Below, piece by piece: positions 43,593 to 53,984 of a stretch of 64,000 nucleotides of DNA. The stretch spans positions 13,110 through 77,109 of the forward strand of contig CAVQJC010000007.1 in the NCBI GenBank assembly GCA_963712745.1, read 5' to 3'. The notes below the pieces were generated by a model. That model searched no databases and was not told the origin of the DNA. It saw nothing but the letters and a program-made list of their open reading frames with translations. The translations under genes and the position numbers were made by a program. The DNA comes from an uncultured Chloroflexia bacterium. GTDB taxonomy: Bacteria; Chloroflexota; Limnocylindria; Limnocylindrales; CSP1-4. The first letter of the stretch is position 1. Each line of letters starts with the position of its first letter.

Positions 43593-44960
43593 ATCAGCTT
43601 CACGACCGTCGCCTTCGCCCTCTTCCTCGTGGCCGTCGTCGCGGGCCACTGGCTCCTCCCGCGTCGCCTTCGGCCGTGGTGGCTGCTGGGCGCGAGCATC
43701 CTCTTCTACGCCACCTGGAACGTGGTCTACGTGCCCGGGTTCCTGCTGCTCATCGGCGCCAACTACCTGCTCGGCATCGCGGCCGCCGGACGGCACGCCA
43801 GGGCCGCGACCATCGCCGCGGTGGTCCTGGACCTGGTCATCCTGGGTGTCTTCAAGTACCTCGACCTGGCCCTCGGCAGCAGCGCTTCGCTGCTCAGCTG
43901 GATCAGCGGTGAGACCGTCGACTGGGGCGGCCTCGGGTTCGTGCTGCCGTTGGCCATCAGCTTCGTCACCTTCACGCTCATCGCCTACGTCGTCGATATC
44001 TACCGTGGTGCGGAGCCGGAGCGGAACATCGTCCACTTCGCGGTCTTCATCGCCTTCTTCCCGCGCGTCCTGGCCGGTCCCATCATGCGCGGCAGCCAGT
44101 TCCTGCCCCAGCTGCGCTTCGGGCGCGGATTCAGCCTGCCGCTCGTCCACATGGCCGTGCCGCTCATCGTCAGCGGCCTCTTCAAGAAGTCGCTGGCGGA
44201 CCAGCTCGGACCGGTGGTCCGCGACGGCTTCAGCGACAGCGGGTCCTACTCGTCGATCGCGCTCTTTGCCATCGCCGCGGCCTGGACCTTCCAGCTCTAC
44301 CTCGATTTCGCCGGCTACACCGACCTCGCCAGGGGATCTGCCCGCCTGCTCGGCATCGGCATGCCGCGCAACTTCGACTGGCCCTACCGCTCCCTGTCGA
44401 TGGCCGAGTTCTGGCGGCGCTGGCACATGACCCTGGGGACCTGGCTCCGCGACTACCTTTACTTCCCGCTGGGCGGCTCGCGCAAGGGCTCGGTCCGTAC
44501 CTACGTCAACCTCATGATCACCATGACCCTGGCCGGCGTGTGGCACGGGGCCGGGCCCGGGTTCGCGGTCTGGGGCGTGCTCCAGGGCGTGGGCCTCTCG
44601 GTCAACCGCTGGTGGCGGCGCCTGCCCTCGCACCCGGTACTGCCGGTCCTGCTCTCGTGGGCCGTCACCTTCACCTTCGTCGTCCTCGCGCGCGTGCCCT
44701 TCGTGGCGCCGGACCTCGAGACCGCCGCCGAGTATTACACCCGCATGCTCATCCCCCACGGCGGCGCCCTGCCCAGCCTGGCGCTCGTGGGCACCCTGGC
44801 GGTGATGATGATCGGCCAGTGGAGTGGCTGGGTCAGCCTCGCCCGGCGCGCCGCCCCGCGGCGATCGGCCCGGCGCTGGCTGGCCTATGGTGTAGCCCTT
44901 GCCATCGCCGTCGTCCTGCTCCCCGCCGGGGCGCCCGACTTCATCTACCAGCAGTTCTAG
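43593..44960 (+). CDS. MBOAT O-acyltransferase (AlgI/PatA/DltB-like)
   Basis: FKY, LPLAISF, AGPI, QLYLDFAGY, NFDWPY, FWRRWHMTL, WHGA; start possibly ATC 43593 or GTG 43629. Confidence 0.9.
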   Translation: MSFTTVAFALFLVAVVAGHWLLPRRLRPWWLLGASILFYATWNVVYVPGFLLLIGANYLLGIAAAGRHARAATIAAVVLDLVILGVFKYLDLALGSSASLLSWISGETVDWGGLGFVLPLAISFVTFTLIAYVVDIYRGAEPERNIVHFAVFIAFFPRVLAGPIMRGSQFLPQLRFGRGFSLPLVHMAVPLIVSGLFKKSLADQLGPVVRDGFSDSGSYSSIALFAIAAAWTFQLYLDFAGYTDLARGSARLLGIGMPRNFDWPYRSLSMAEFWRRWHMTLGTWLRDYLYFPLGGSRKGSVRTYVNLMITMTLAGVWHGAGPGFAVWGVLQGVGLSVNRWWRRLPSHPVLPVLLSWAVTFTFVVLARVPFVAPDLETAAEYYTRMLIPHGGALPSLALVGTLAVMMIGQWSGWVSLARRAAPRRSARRWLAYGVALAIAVVLLPAGAPDFIYQQF

Positions 44961-44981
44961 AGGACCAACCCGAGGCTCTAC

Positions 44982-46022
44982 GTGATCAAGCCGAGCACCA
45001 TCTTCCTGGCCGCCGTCCTCCTGCTGGGCCCGCTCGTCGCAGCCGAGCTGGCCGTGCGCGCGCTCATCGAGTCGGGGCGGCTGCCGTATGCCTCGACCTC
45101 GAGCGAGGCGGCCGACATCGGCTTCGCCAACCTGGCCCGCTTGGGCAGGCCGGACGTGCTCGTCCTGGGCACCTCCTCCATCCGCAATGCCCTGCACCCC
45201 GATACCCTCGAGCGGCTGGCCTCGGAGGAGCTGGGGCGCCCAGTGCGCGTGCAGAGCGTGGCCCAGGGTGGCCTGAGCCTGGCCGACCAGCAGCTCATCG
45301 TCGAGAGCCTGTCCGAGCAGGATTTGTTGCCTGAGGCTCTGATCCTGGGCCTGTCCCCCAGCACCATCACCGGCCAGGGCCTGACCAACCGCTGGTTCTC
45401 GAACTCCGAGCTGGGCCAGGCCTGGAGCGGTTGCGCCGACCTCGACGAGCCGGAGGCGTCCATCTGCCGGCTGGGTCAGCAGTCCGCCCTCTGGCGCTGG
45501 CGGGGCCGGCCCAAGCGGCTCATCGAAGCTGTGGCCGAGCCCATGCCCACCACGTTGCGCAGCGGACAGCGGATCCTCCACGAGGACGGCTGGACGTCCG
45601 AGCCAGGTGCCAGCGCCAAGCGCTTCGAGCGCATGCTCAAGGGCTACGTGGAGCGGTTCCCCGAGGGCGTGCCCCAGGCGGCGGGTATGAGCGCCGCTTT
45701 CGCCCAACTCATCGCTGCGCTCCGCGACCGGGGCACCACGGTCATCCCCACGGCGCTGCCCTACGCCCCGCCGCTGGAGGAGGCGTTGGTGGAGAGGAAC
45801 CCGGCCTGGCGCCAGGAGCTGGCAGCCGGCTACGACGGGCTCGTCGAAGCCGCCGGCATCGACATCGTGCGCGTGCATCGTTTCGGTGACTGGTGGCGGC
45901 CACGGTCGAGCAACGACCCGCGCCACCTGAGCGCGGAGGGCGCAGCCGCCCTCACCGAGCAGCTGTGGACGATGCCTGAGTTCCGCGAACCGCTCCTTGA
46001 GAGCCTGCGCTCAGACGGCTGA
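44982..46022 (+). CDS. SGNH-like acyltransferase partner (DltD/AlgJ-like)
   Basis: N-terminal TM, LGTSS and DPRHL motifs; directly downstream of the MBOAT gene. Confidence 0.7.
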   Translation: MIKPSTIFLAAVLLLGPLVAAELAVRALIESGRLPYASTSSEAADIGFANLARLGRPDVLVLGTSSIRNALHPDTLERLASEELGRPVRVQSVAQGGLSLADQQLIVESLSEQDLLPEALILGLSPSTITGQGLTNRWFSNSELGQAWSGCADLDEPEASICRLGQQSALWRWRGRPKRLIEAVAEPMPTTLRSGQRILHEDGWTSEPGASAKRFERMLKGYVERFPEGVPQAAGMSAAFAQLIAALRDRGTTVIPTALPYAPPLEEALVERNPAWRQELAAGYDGLVEAAGIDIVRVHRFGDWWRPRSSNDPRHLSAEGAAALTEQLWTMPEFREPLLESLRSDG

Positions 46023-47009
46023 GCGACGCTCCCGGGCCAGCCGCCCGAGTCGTTCCACGAAACGCTCGAAGAAGGTCTCGCTGTCCGCTTCGACGGCGAC
46101 CTCGAGGTTGGGTGGCCGGCCCCAATGGCGGCGCCAGTCGGTGACCGTCTCGCCGCTGGTCCAACGGCCCTCGAGCTCGACCTCCACGGTGAGTGCCTCG
46201 GTCCGGGCCAGCGCCGGGTCGAGCGCTGCGGCTACCACCAGGGCGTCGTGGATGAAGGCGCCGTAGAAGCCGTCGTGGCGGCTGTGGAACTCGAAGTAGA
46301 AGCGCAGCGCGTCTTCGACGAAACCGACGATGGGGTCGTCCCCGGACCCGGCGGCTTCGGCCAGCCGGTCGAGGTGCGAGGGTGTCATCTTCGCGCGCTC
46401 GGTCACATCCAGGCCGAAGGCTACCGGGCGCGGCGCATCAGTCGCCTCCCAGCCCTTGATGGTGGCGCTCAGCGCCTCCGGGTCGACACCGGCGTTCCAC
46501 TCCATGGTCGGTGCCGTGTTGCCCGGGGAGCGGTAGGCGCCGACCATCATCATCAGCCGGCGCAGCATCATCGGCAGTGCCGGTTCGCGCTCCAGCGCCA
46601 CGGCCACGTTCGACAGCGGGCCCAGCGTGACCAGCGTCAGCTCGCCCGGGCGCGCCCGGGCCTCGGCCACGATCATGTCGGCGGCCTCGCGGTCGCGGGA
46701 CCCCCTCGCCGGCGCCGGCAGCTCGGCGTGACCCAGGCCCGTCGGTCCGTGGGTATCAGCGGCCGTGCGCAAGGGCCGCACGATGGGAGCGTCGCGACCT
46801 GCGGCTACCTCGACGTCGCCGCGCCCGGCCAGCTCCAGCACCGCCAGCGTGTTGCGTACGACGTGGGGCAGCTCCACGTTGCCGGCCACGCAGCCGACAC
46901 CGACCATCTCGGCACCCGGAGTGGCGGCCGCGTAGAGCAGGGCCAGGGCATCGTCGATGCCGGTGTCGCAGTCGATGAGCAGTGGCGTGCGGGTCGTCGC
47001 GTCGGTCAT
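46011..47009 (-). CDS. Nucleoside hydrolase (IUNH family)
   Basis: DCDTGIDDA, HGPTGLG, LGPLSNVA, EWN..DPEA, HDA. Confidence 0.92.
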   Translation of the reverse strand: MTDATTRTPLLIDCDTGIDDALALLYAAATPGAEMVGVGCVAGNVELPHVVRNTLAVLELAGRGDVEVAAGRDAPIVRPLRTAADTHGPTGLGHAELPAPARGSRDREAADMIVAEARARPGELTLVTLGPLSNVAVALEREPALPMMLRRLMMMVGAYRSPGNTAPTMEWNAGVDPEALSATIKGWEATDAPRPVAFGLDVTERAKMTPSHLDRLAEAAGSGDDPIVGFVEDALRFYFEFHSRHDGFYGAFIHDALVVAAALDPALARTEALTVEVELEGRWTSGETVTDWRRHWGRPPNLEVAVEADSETFFERFVERLGRLARERRSAV

Positions 47010-47266
47010 CAGCGGCCACGCCTGGGCGCCACGATGTAGCCACCGACCGGTCCGCTGGGCCGGGTCGCCGCCACCATCGTCACCCACAGCCGTGATGGCC
47101 ATGGGCTTGCCCGTCTCATGAGGGCAGTATGCGATGGCGCTCGCGATGTGTGTCGCCTTGCGTGGCCCCGTGTAGCATTCGTTGCGACCCGCAGGCAGCA
47201 CGGGAGCTTCAGCGCCGCGGGACCCACGCCCTAACCACGATCGACGACACACTTCTCGGAGGAAGC

Positions 47267-48725
47267 ATGAGCCACCGCGTCACTCTCATTCCCGGCGACG
47301 GGGTGGGGCCGGAGATCACCGCCGCCACGCGCCGCATCATCGAGGCGGCCGGCGTGGCTATCGAGTGGGAGGAGGCCATCGCGGGCGAGGCCGTGTTCCG
47401 TGCCGGCGACAGCTCGGGCGTACCGCGCGAGACGGCCGACTCGATCGCGCGTACGGGCGTCGCGCTCAAGGGCCCCCTGGCCACACCCATCGGCTTCGGT
47501 GAGAAGTCGGCCAACGTGACCCTGCGCAAGCTCTTCGAGACCTACGCCAACCTGCGCCCGGCGCGGCAGATCCCGGGGGTTCCCACGCGCTACGACGGCG
47601 AAGGCATCGATTTCATCGTGGTCCGCGAGAACATCGAGGACCTCTACGCCGGCGTCGAGTACATGGACTCCCGCGACGTGGCCGTGGCGCTCAAGATCGA
47701 TCACCCGGCGAGGGTCGGAGAAGATCATCCGCTACGCCTTCGAGCTGGCTCGCCGCGAGGGCCGCCAGAAGGTCACATGCGCCACCAAGTCGAACATCCT
47801 CAAGCTCAGCGAGGGCCTCTTCCAGCGCGTCTTCGAGGAGATGGCGCCCGAGTATCCCGACATCGAGCCGCAGCACCTCATCATCGACAACGTCGCTCAC
47901 CAGATGGTCAAGGACCCCGCGCAGTTCGACATCATCGTCACCACCAACCTCGCGGGCGACATCATCAGCGACCTCGCCTCCGGCCTCGTCGGCGGCCTGG
48001 GTTTCGCAGCTTCGGGCAACTTTGGTGACGAGGTCGCCATCTTCGAGGCGGTGCATGGCTCGGCGCCCAAGTACGCCGGCAAGGACGTCATCAATCCCGC
48101 CGCGCTCATCCTCAGTTCCGTGCTCATGCTCAAGCACCTCGGTGAAGCCGAGGCCGCGCAGCAGATCGAGGACGCTGTCTACGTGACCCTCGAGGAGGGC
48201 CAGGCCGTGACCCTCGACGTGGCCCGCCAGGCGGGTGACGTGGAGCGGGCCACGTCCACCTCGGGCTTCACTGACGCCATCATCGAGAACCTGGGACGCG
48301 CCCCGGCCACCCGCTACCCGACCAAGGCGCGACCGCCCGCGTCGGTACCGGCGCCCCAGGCGCGGTGGGAGCTGCGACCGGTCATCCCCGCCGACACACG
48401 GCTCATCGGCGTCGACATCTACACCGAGATGGACGGCGACCCACAGCCGGTAGGCCGCGCCCTTGACGAGGCGGCCGGGCCGGAGTTCAAGCTGCTGCTG
48501 ATGTCCGCCCGCGGAACGGTCGTCTATCCGCAGGGCAGCTCCTACACCGACACCGTGGGCTGGTGGCGTTGCCGTTTCGTGGCCGCGGAGGAGGGCGGCC
48601 TTGTCGATGACGCGGCCATCCTGCGACTGCTCGCCCGCGTCGGCGAGCGCATGACCTGGGCGCACGTGCAGAAGCTGCGGATCATGGACGGCGACCCGGG
48701 CTTCACCAAGGCACAAGGGCAGTAA
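47267..48725 (+). CDS. icd: Isocitrate dehydrogenase (frameshift at ~47699, probably assembly error)
   Basis: IPGDGVGPEI, LKGPLATP, SANVTLRK, RENIED in one frame; KSNILK, GDIISD, FEAVHGSAP after removing one base. Confidence 0.85.
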
Positions 48726-48753
48726 CCAGCCGAGGGGGCAGACTGGACGGACC

Positions 48754-49168
48754 GTGGAAGAGGAGCTCGAGGGCGTCCCGCAGCTCGATCGCCAGGAGCG
48801 ATCGGTGCCGGTGGATGTGCACGGCCGTCCACTGGTGCCCCAGCGCGTGCCCGAGCTGGCGCCGACGCCGCTGCAGTCGAGCTTCATCTACCTCTCCATC
48901 GTGGTCCTCGTCTGCGGCGTCATCGCCATCGGCGCACTCGAGCTGGGCACGCCGATGTCGTCGCTGTGGGTCAAGATCCCCGTGCTCCTGGGCGGCGCAG
49001 TGCTGCTGGCGGTCACGGCCGATGCACTCGTGCGCGTCTGGCGCTCGGTCGGCGCATGGTGGGACGTCGACCGTGGCCGGGCTCTCTTCCGCGTGGTGTG
49101 GGCCGCCGTGCTGGCCGCCTCGCTCCTGGTCATCGGCGCGATCATCATCGACCGTGCTGGCGGCCTAG
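48754..49168 (+). CDS. Hypothetical membrane protein (extra base near 49150)
   Basis: 3 TM; removing one G restores ...IITVLAA* just before the NUDIX ATG. Confidence 0.6.
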
Positions 49169-49172
49169 ACCG

Positions 49173-49794
49173 ATGGCCAGGCTCGACGATCCCGCAGCCC
49201 GCCACCCGGTCCGCGGGTTCGCCCGGGGTGCACCCGAGTGGATGGCGCCCTTCCTGCACAACTGCTCGCGTTGCGGTGGTCGCCTGGCCTACGGGCCTGC
49301 TGCCCGGTGAGGACCGTGAGCGCTACCACTGCACCGACTGCAGCTACGTCACCTACGTCAACCCGCGCCTGGTGGCAACCTGCCTGCCGGTCACCGACGA
49401 GGGCAGGGTCGTGCTCATCCGCCGGGCCATCCCGCCGGGGGTGGGGACGTGGGCACAACCGGGCGGGTTCCTGGAGGCAGACGAGACGGTCATCCAGGGC
49501 GCCGTGCGCGAGACGTTCGAGGAGACGCGCCTGGTCGTGGAGCCGACCGGCATCGTGGGTGTCTACCCGCAGCCCCGCGCGTCGGTAGTGGTGATCGTGT
49601 ACACCGCAGCCATCGTCGGCGGCGAGATGCAGGCGACCCCGGAGGCGCTGGAGGTCCGCGCGTTCGAGGTCGACGACATCCCCTGGGACGGCCTCGCCTT
49701 CAACACCTCACTGTGGGCGGTCCGCGATTGGGTCCGCTCAGTGCGACCGGATATCGACGTCGACGCCATGGGCAGCGAGCATCTCGACTTCTAG
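49173..49794 (+). CDS. NUDIX hydrolase with zinc ribbon (frameshift at ~49294)
   Basis: CSRC...CTDC zinc ribbon split across frames; PGGFLE..E....AVRETFEET Nudix box. Confidence 0.85.
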
Positions 49795-49885
49795 CCTCGA
49801 TCGACAGCTGGCCCGCCCCCCGGGTCGTGGAGCGGCGGGCCGCTCCCTGGATGATGGCCAGGCTCCCCGGGATGGTGCCCGTCTC

Positions 49886-50179
49886 CTAGATGGTGGCCAG
49901 GTTGGAGGCAGCGCCAAGGCCGCCGATGAGGATGCCGAACACCAGCACCGTCGCCGCCACGCGCGGGCGGGAGCGGCTGACGATGAGGAAGGTGGCGGCC
50001 ACCAGCAGCACCGTCGCGAACTTGGCGATGGTCAGCAGGGCCAGGCCCCAGTCCTCCACGATGGTGGCCACCAGAGGGTTCAGCTCCGAGTCGAGGCCGT
50101 GGCGCGCGACCATCACCACGAAGGTGGTGTAGTCCGCGATGTGGGCCATGATGAGGATGGCGATGCCGGCAGCCGACAA
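49886..50179 (-). CDS. Small membrane protein (DUF5658-like)
   Basis: D..T...ELNPL...K motif; GGAGGG RBS before TTG. Confidence 0.65.
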   Translation of the reverse strand: MSAAGIAILIMAHIADYTTFVVMVARHGLDSELNPLVATIVEDWGLALLTIAKFATVLLVAATFLIVSRSRPRVAATVLVFGILIGGLGAASNLATI

Positions 50180-50467
50180 ATCTGTCCCTCCGCGCCCCTG
50201 GGGGCTGCGTTTCGCTCGCGACACGGGACCGGGCTCGCCACTGCTCAGCGTGATCCGGCTCGGCGACCGTCGGTGGATCACGCGTCTTCGCTTCCCGTCT
50301 TGGACTAGGCTCGGATGCTCGCTTCCGAGTCTATCGAGAAGCCATCAAGGATTCGTGACGGACGACTACATCAGAGCGCAGCGGACCGCACTTTGTGGTG
50401 CGTGCGGTCACCAACCCCTCGTGCTGCCCATCGGGCCGTGCCGCTGGCCCTGCCGGCGCTTGCCGTG

Positions 50468-50527
50468 GCCGTCAGCCGCTCGGCCTGGCCGTCAGGCGCT
50501 CGCTGTAGCCGTCAGCCGCTCGGCCTG
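50468..50527. repeat. 20 bp tandem repeat (~3 copies) at MarR 3' end
   Basis: GCCGTCAGCCGCTCGGCCTG at 50468 and 50508, with a degenerate middle copy. Confidence 0.7.
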
Positions 50528-51126
50528 TCGCCCTCCCAGGCGGCGTCCCGCAGGACCCGGCCGAGCAGGTCGGCGGCGTCCTCGAGCTGCGTCCGCTCTA
50601 CGCGCTCGAGATCGGAGATCGTCTCCGCCAGCGGCGCGATCTGGCGTGCCCGGCCGAGCTCCAGTTGCTCTATGCCCTTGGGCGTGGCCCGCAGCACGAT
50701 CGAGCGTCCGTCGTCGGGGTTCTTCTCACGTTCCACGAGCCCGTCGGCCTCCATGGCATGGATGAGGCGGGTCATGGTGGGCGGCCGGACGTGCTCGGCG
50801 GCAGCCAGGTCACCGAGCGTGCGCGGTCCGCCAAGCACCAACAGTGTCAGCGCCGACAACCGTGCCCGCGTCAGGCCCTCACCCGCGTCGACCCGGGAGA
50901 GGTGACGCTGCAGGACCGTTGACAGGCTGGCCAGGCGGGCGGCCAGTTCGGTGGCGTCGACCGAGCGGCGCCGAGGCTCCCCGCCGGTGTCGAGAGTCGG
51001 GCTCACGAGTTCGGTCGGCGCCAGACCTGGGATCGAGACCGAAGCTTCGGCCTCGGCCGTAGCCAGTCGCAGGGCCTTCTTGCGGCCCTTCTTGTCCTTG
51101 CCTTTGCCCTTGGACTTCTTGCCCAT
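50512..51126 (-). CDS. MarR family regulator with Lys-rich N-terminus
   Basis: LGDLAAAEHVRPPTMTRLI..MEADGLVER..PDDGRS. Confidence 0.88.
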   Translation of the reverse strand: MGKKSKGKGKDKKGRKKALRLATAEAEASVSIPGLAPTELVSPTLDTGGEPRRRSVDATELAARLASLSTVLQRHLSRVDAGEGLTRARLSALTLLVLGGPRTLGDLAAAEHVRPPTMTRLIHAMEADGLVEREKNPDDGRSIVLRATPKGIEQLELGRARQIAPLAETISDLERVERTQLEDAADLLGRVLRDAAWEGDRPSG

Positions 51127-51225
51127 CGGTGTCTCGTCGTGGCCCACGCTCGCTGATGGCAGTGGCAGGCAGGACTGCAGGACGCAATCGTAACGGCGCC
51201 GCGGCCCCGAGGCGGGCCACTCTGG

Positions 51226-51801
51226 TCAGTGTCGAGGGTGGCGGAAGCAGCTCACGAGATGGTCGTTGACGAGGCCGGTCGACTGCATGTAGGCGTAGAT
51301 GATGACCGGACCGACGAAGCCGAAGCCGCGCCCCTTGAGGTCCGCCGAGAGATCGTCCGCCAGTGGTGTCGAAGCAGGCACCTGCGCCATCGACTCGAAG
51401 CGGTTGACGATGGGTGCGCCGCCCACGAAACCCCAGAGGTAGGTGTCGAGACTGCCGGCCTCCTCGCGCAGCTGGAGCACGGCGCGCGCGTTGTCCCGGA
51501 ACGCACGCACCTTGGCCCGATTGCGGATGATGCGCCGGTCGGCCAGCAGGCGAGTCTGGCGCGCGTCGTCGTAGGCCGCCATGAGCTCGGCGTCGAAGCC
51601 GTCGTACGCGTCGCGATAGCCGTCGCGTCGCTTGAGGATGGTCGACCATGCGAGGCCTGCCTGTGCGCCCTCGAGACAGAGCATCTCGAAGAGTCGCCGC
51701 TCGTCGTGGAGCGGCAGACCCCATTCCTCGTCGTGATAGGTGACCATCAGCGGGTCGTCGCCCGCCCAATCGCAGCGGTGTCCCCCCGGCTGCCCGCTCA
51801 G
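51226..51801 (-). CDS. tag: DNA-3-methyladenine glycosylase I
   Basis: RCDW, YHDEEWG, LEGAQAGLAW, IIRNRAK, NDHLVSC; start probably CTG overlapping the upstream stop. Confidence 0.92.
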   Translation of the reverse strand: MSGQPGGHRCDWAGDDPLMVTYHDEEWGLPLHDERRLFEMLCLEGAQAGLAWSTILKRRDGYRDAYDGFDAELMAAYDDARQTRLLADRRIIRNRAKVRAFRDNARAVLQLREEAGSLDTYLWGFVGGAPIVNRFESMAQVPASTPLADDLSADLKGRGFGFVGPVIIYAYMQSTGLVNDHLVSCFRHPRH

Positions 51802-52559
51802 TAGATCCGGCGCACGTCCGCCGGCAGCTTGATCTCGAAGGCGGAGTCGAAGATGACGGGATCGATCTCGAGCGAAGTCACCTCGGCGTGACGGGTGACG
51901 GTGTCACCGATGCGCTCGATCAGCAGCAGCACGAAGCCACTGTCGCGGCCGATGCCCACATCGATCGAGCGATCGGGCCGGTCGACCAGCACCTTCGCGG
52001 AGCGCGGATGCCGGGCCCGCACGACGACGGCCTCGCGGTCGGCCACCGGCTGCACGCCGACCAGGGCGAGCGGTCCCGTCACGAGCACGTTGCGGAAGAG
52101 TCCGTGAGGATGGATGAAGGCGTCGGCGAGGCTGCCGTGGGGCAGCGCTGTGAGTGGCGCGTAACCCTGCGCGAACGGTGGCAGGCCGGGTTCGTCGGAG
52201 CCCTGCAACCTGGGCCGGGGCTTGCGCACGCTGACGATGCGGTTGCTGGCCTCGTAGGCGGTGATGGACTCTCCATCGCTGAGCCAGATGTCGTAGTCGC
52301 GGGTCAGAGGCTCCGAGCTGCGCTTGGTCGCGACGCGGGCGTGGCCGGGATGCTTGAGCTGGATCTCGTGGACGATGGTGTCGGCGCCCTTGGCCGTGAC
52401 CACGCGCTCCTCGATGGACATGCGCAGGGTCTTCACCCGCAGCTCGGACTCGCGTGCGAAGGAGAACAGCTCCTCGACGCTGGGCACGTCGTCGGCCATG
52501 GCCACGCGGACCGGGGCCGGCACGCTCGCTGCAGGACCCGCAGGGGTGAGGTCTGACAT
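51798..52559 (-). CDS. Hypothetical protein (LolA-like fold possible)
   Basis: IWLSDGESITAYE; C-terminal DSAFEIKLPADV. Confidence 0.6.
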   Translation of the reverse strand: MSDLTPAGPAASVPAPVRVAMADDVPSVEELFSFARESELRVKTLRMSIEERVVTAKGADTIVHEIQLKHPGHARVATKRSSEPLTRDYDIWLSDGESITAYEASNRIVSVRKPRPRLQGSDEPGLPPFAQGYAPLTALPHGSLADAFIHPHGLFRNVLVTGPLALVGVQPVADREAVVVRARHPRSAKVLVDRPDRSIDVGIGRDSGFVLLLIERIGDTVTRHAEVTSLEIDPVIFDSAFEIKLPADVRRIY

Positions 52560-52569
52560 CGGCCGGATG

Positions 52570-53256
52570 CTACCCGATGTGGCCGGTAGGCGGAAGGGCG
52601 CGGCGCACGGCGACGACCTCGATGAGGTGGAAGTGGTGGGGCTCGCCGAGGGCGGTCTCGCCGTCCTCCTCCTTCTCGGTCCAGTGCTCGATCTCGAATC
52701 CGTCGAGGTAGCGGCGCATTACCTCCGGGCTGGGGCAAGTCATCCCGGGTTCGCCCGCGGCGTCGTCCCGGTGGCCAAAGAGCATGCCGCTGAAGCGGCC
52801 GTCGATGCCGATGCCCCCCCGGATGCGCTCCCAGGCGGCGTCGTACTCGTCTGGCGGCAGGAAGGGCAGGATGAGGTTGGCGTTGACCAGGTCACACTGC
52901 GGGATTTCGAACTCGGCCAGGTCTGCAAGCTCCGTCTGCAGGCGGGGCAGGTCGTGCTCGGGAGTGAGGTGCCGCAGCGTGTTGAGGGCCTCGGGCGTCA
53001 TGTCCGTGGCCAGCACGCGCCAACCTCTGCGCAGCAGCTCGCGCGTGTCCCGGCCGGCGCCGCAGCCAAGGTCCACGGCGAAGCGGGGACCGTCCGCTGG
53101 ATGCTCTCCGAAGGCCTCGGCCGCCATCTTCGTCGTCGTCCACGACGGGCGCTCGGCTGTGACCTCGTAGTAGTCGGGCCAGTGCGTTGCGGACGCCCCG
53201 GCGCCGTTCGGGCGGGCCTGGGCCTCGGCGGGCCGGATCGTCGAGTGCTGGGTCAT
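52570..53256 (-). CDS. Class I SAM-dependent methyltransferase
   Basis: VDLGCGAGRD motif I. Confidence 0.88.
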   Translation of the reverse strand: MTQHSTIRPAEAQARPNGAGASATHWPDYYEVTAERPSWTTTKMAAEAFGEHPADGPRFAVDLGCGAGRDTRELLRRGWRVLATDMTPEALNTLRHLTPEHDLPRLQTELADLAEFEIPQCDLVNANLILPFLPPDEYDAAWERIRGGIGIDGRFSGMLFGHRDDAAGEPGMTCPSPEVMRRYLDGFEIEHWTEKEEDGETALGEPHHFHLIEVVAVRRALPPTGHIG

Positions 53257-53343
53257 GGCCGAGCCAGCCTAGCGCTATGCTCGGAAGCAGTGGCGTCGCC
53301 GACCCATGGATCCGACTCGTGGCGCCCGGAAGGAGCCCAATTC

Positions 53344-53973
53344 ATGCGCATTGCCGTGGTCAACGAGAGCAGCGCGGTCGACAAGCACCCCTTCATCATG
53401 TCTGCCCTGGCGGGCCGTGGCCACGACGTCGTCAACGCCGGCATGGCCGAGCGAGGCGAGGACCCGGAGCTGCTGTACATCCACACCGGGCTGATCTCGG
53501 CGCTGCTGCTGGCGGCAGACCGCGTGGACATGGTCATCGGCGGCTGCGGCACCGGGCAGGGCTACATGAACTCGGTGATGCAGTATCCGGGAGTCTCGTG
53601 TGGCCACCTGCTGACCTCGCTCGATGCGTTCCTGTTCGCGCGCATCAACGCGGGCAATGTCGTCTCGCTCGCGCTCAACCAGGGCTGGGGCTGGGCCGGT
53701 GACGAGAACCTGCGCCTGCTGTTCGACCAACTGTTCACCGACGAGCAGGGGTCGGGCTTCCCGCCGCATCGCGAGGAGCCTCAGCGCCAGTCACGTGAGG
53801 GTCTCCAGGTCGTCTCCGGGGCCACGCATCGCACCATGGCCGAGATCGTGGCGCGACTGCCCGACAAGGTCATCGCGCCGGCCATCACCCACCCCGCCGC
53901 GGCCGCGGTGCTGGACATCCCCACCATCGCCGATGTCGAGCTACGCGAGGCGCTGCAGGTGCGCCTGCCATAG
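53344..53973 (+). CDS. RpiB/LacA/LacB family sugar-phosphate isomerase
   Basis: GGCGTGQG, PGVSCG, INAGN, GWGWAG. Confidence 0.85.
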   Translation: MRIAVVNESSAVDKHPFIMSALAGRGHDVVNAGMAERGEDPELLYIHTGLISALLLAADRVDMVIGGCGTGQGYMNSVMQYPGVSCGHLLTSLDAFLFARINAGNVVSLALNQGWGWAGDENLRLLFDQLFTDEQGSGFPPHREEPQRQSREGLQVVSGATHRTMAEIVARLPDKVIAPAITHPAAAAVLDIPTIADVELREALQVRLP

Positions 53974-53984
53974 CGCCTCTGGCC

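Noticed and set aside
43386-45926. Long antisense ORFs (846 aa here; also 3845-6100, 38365-40383, 22302-23837)
   Set aside because: Shadow ORFs of real high-GC genes on the opposite strand, with no motifs of their own
48754-49794. Novel membrane-NUDIX fusion protein
   Set aside because: Explained by two single-base insertions; the zinc-ribbon CSRC lies in another frame with its own ATG
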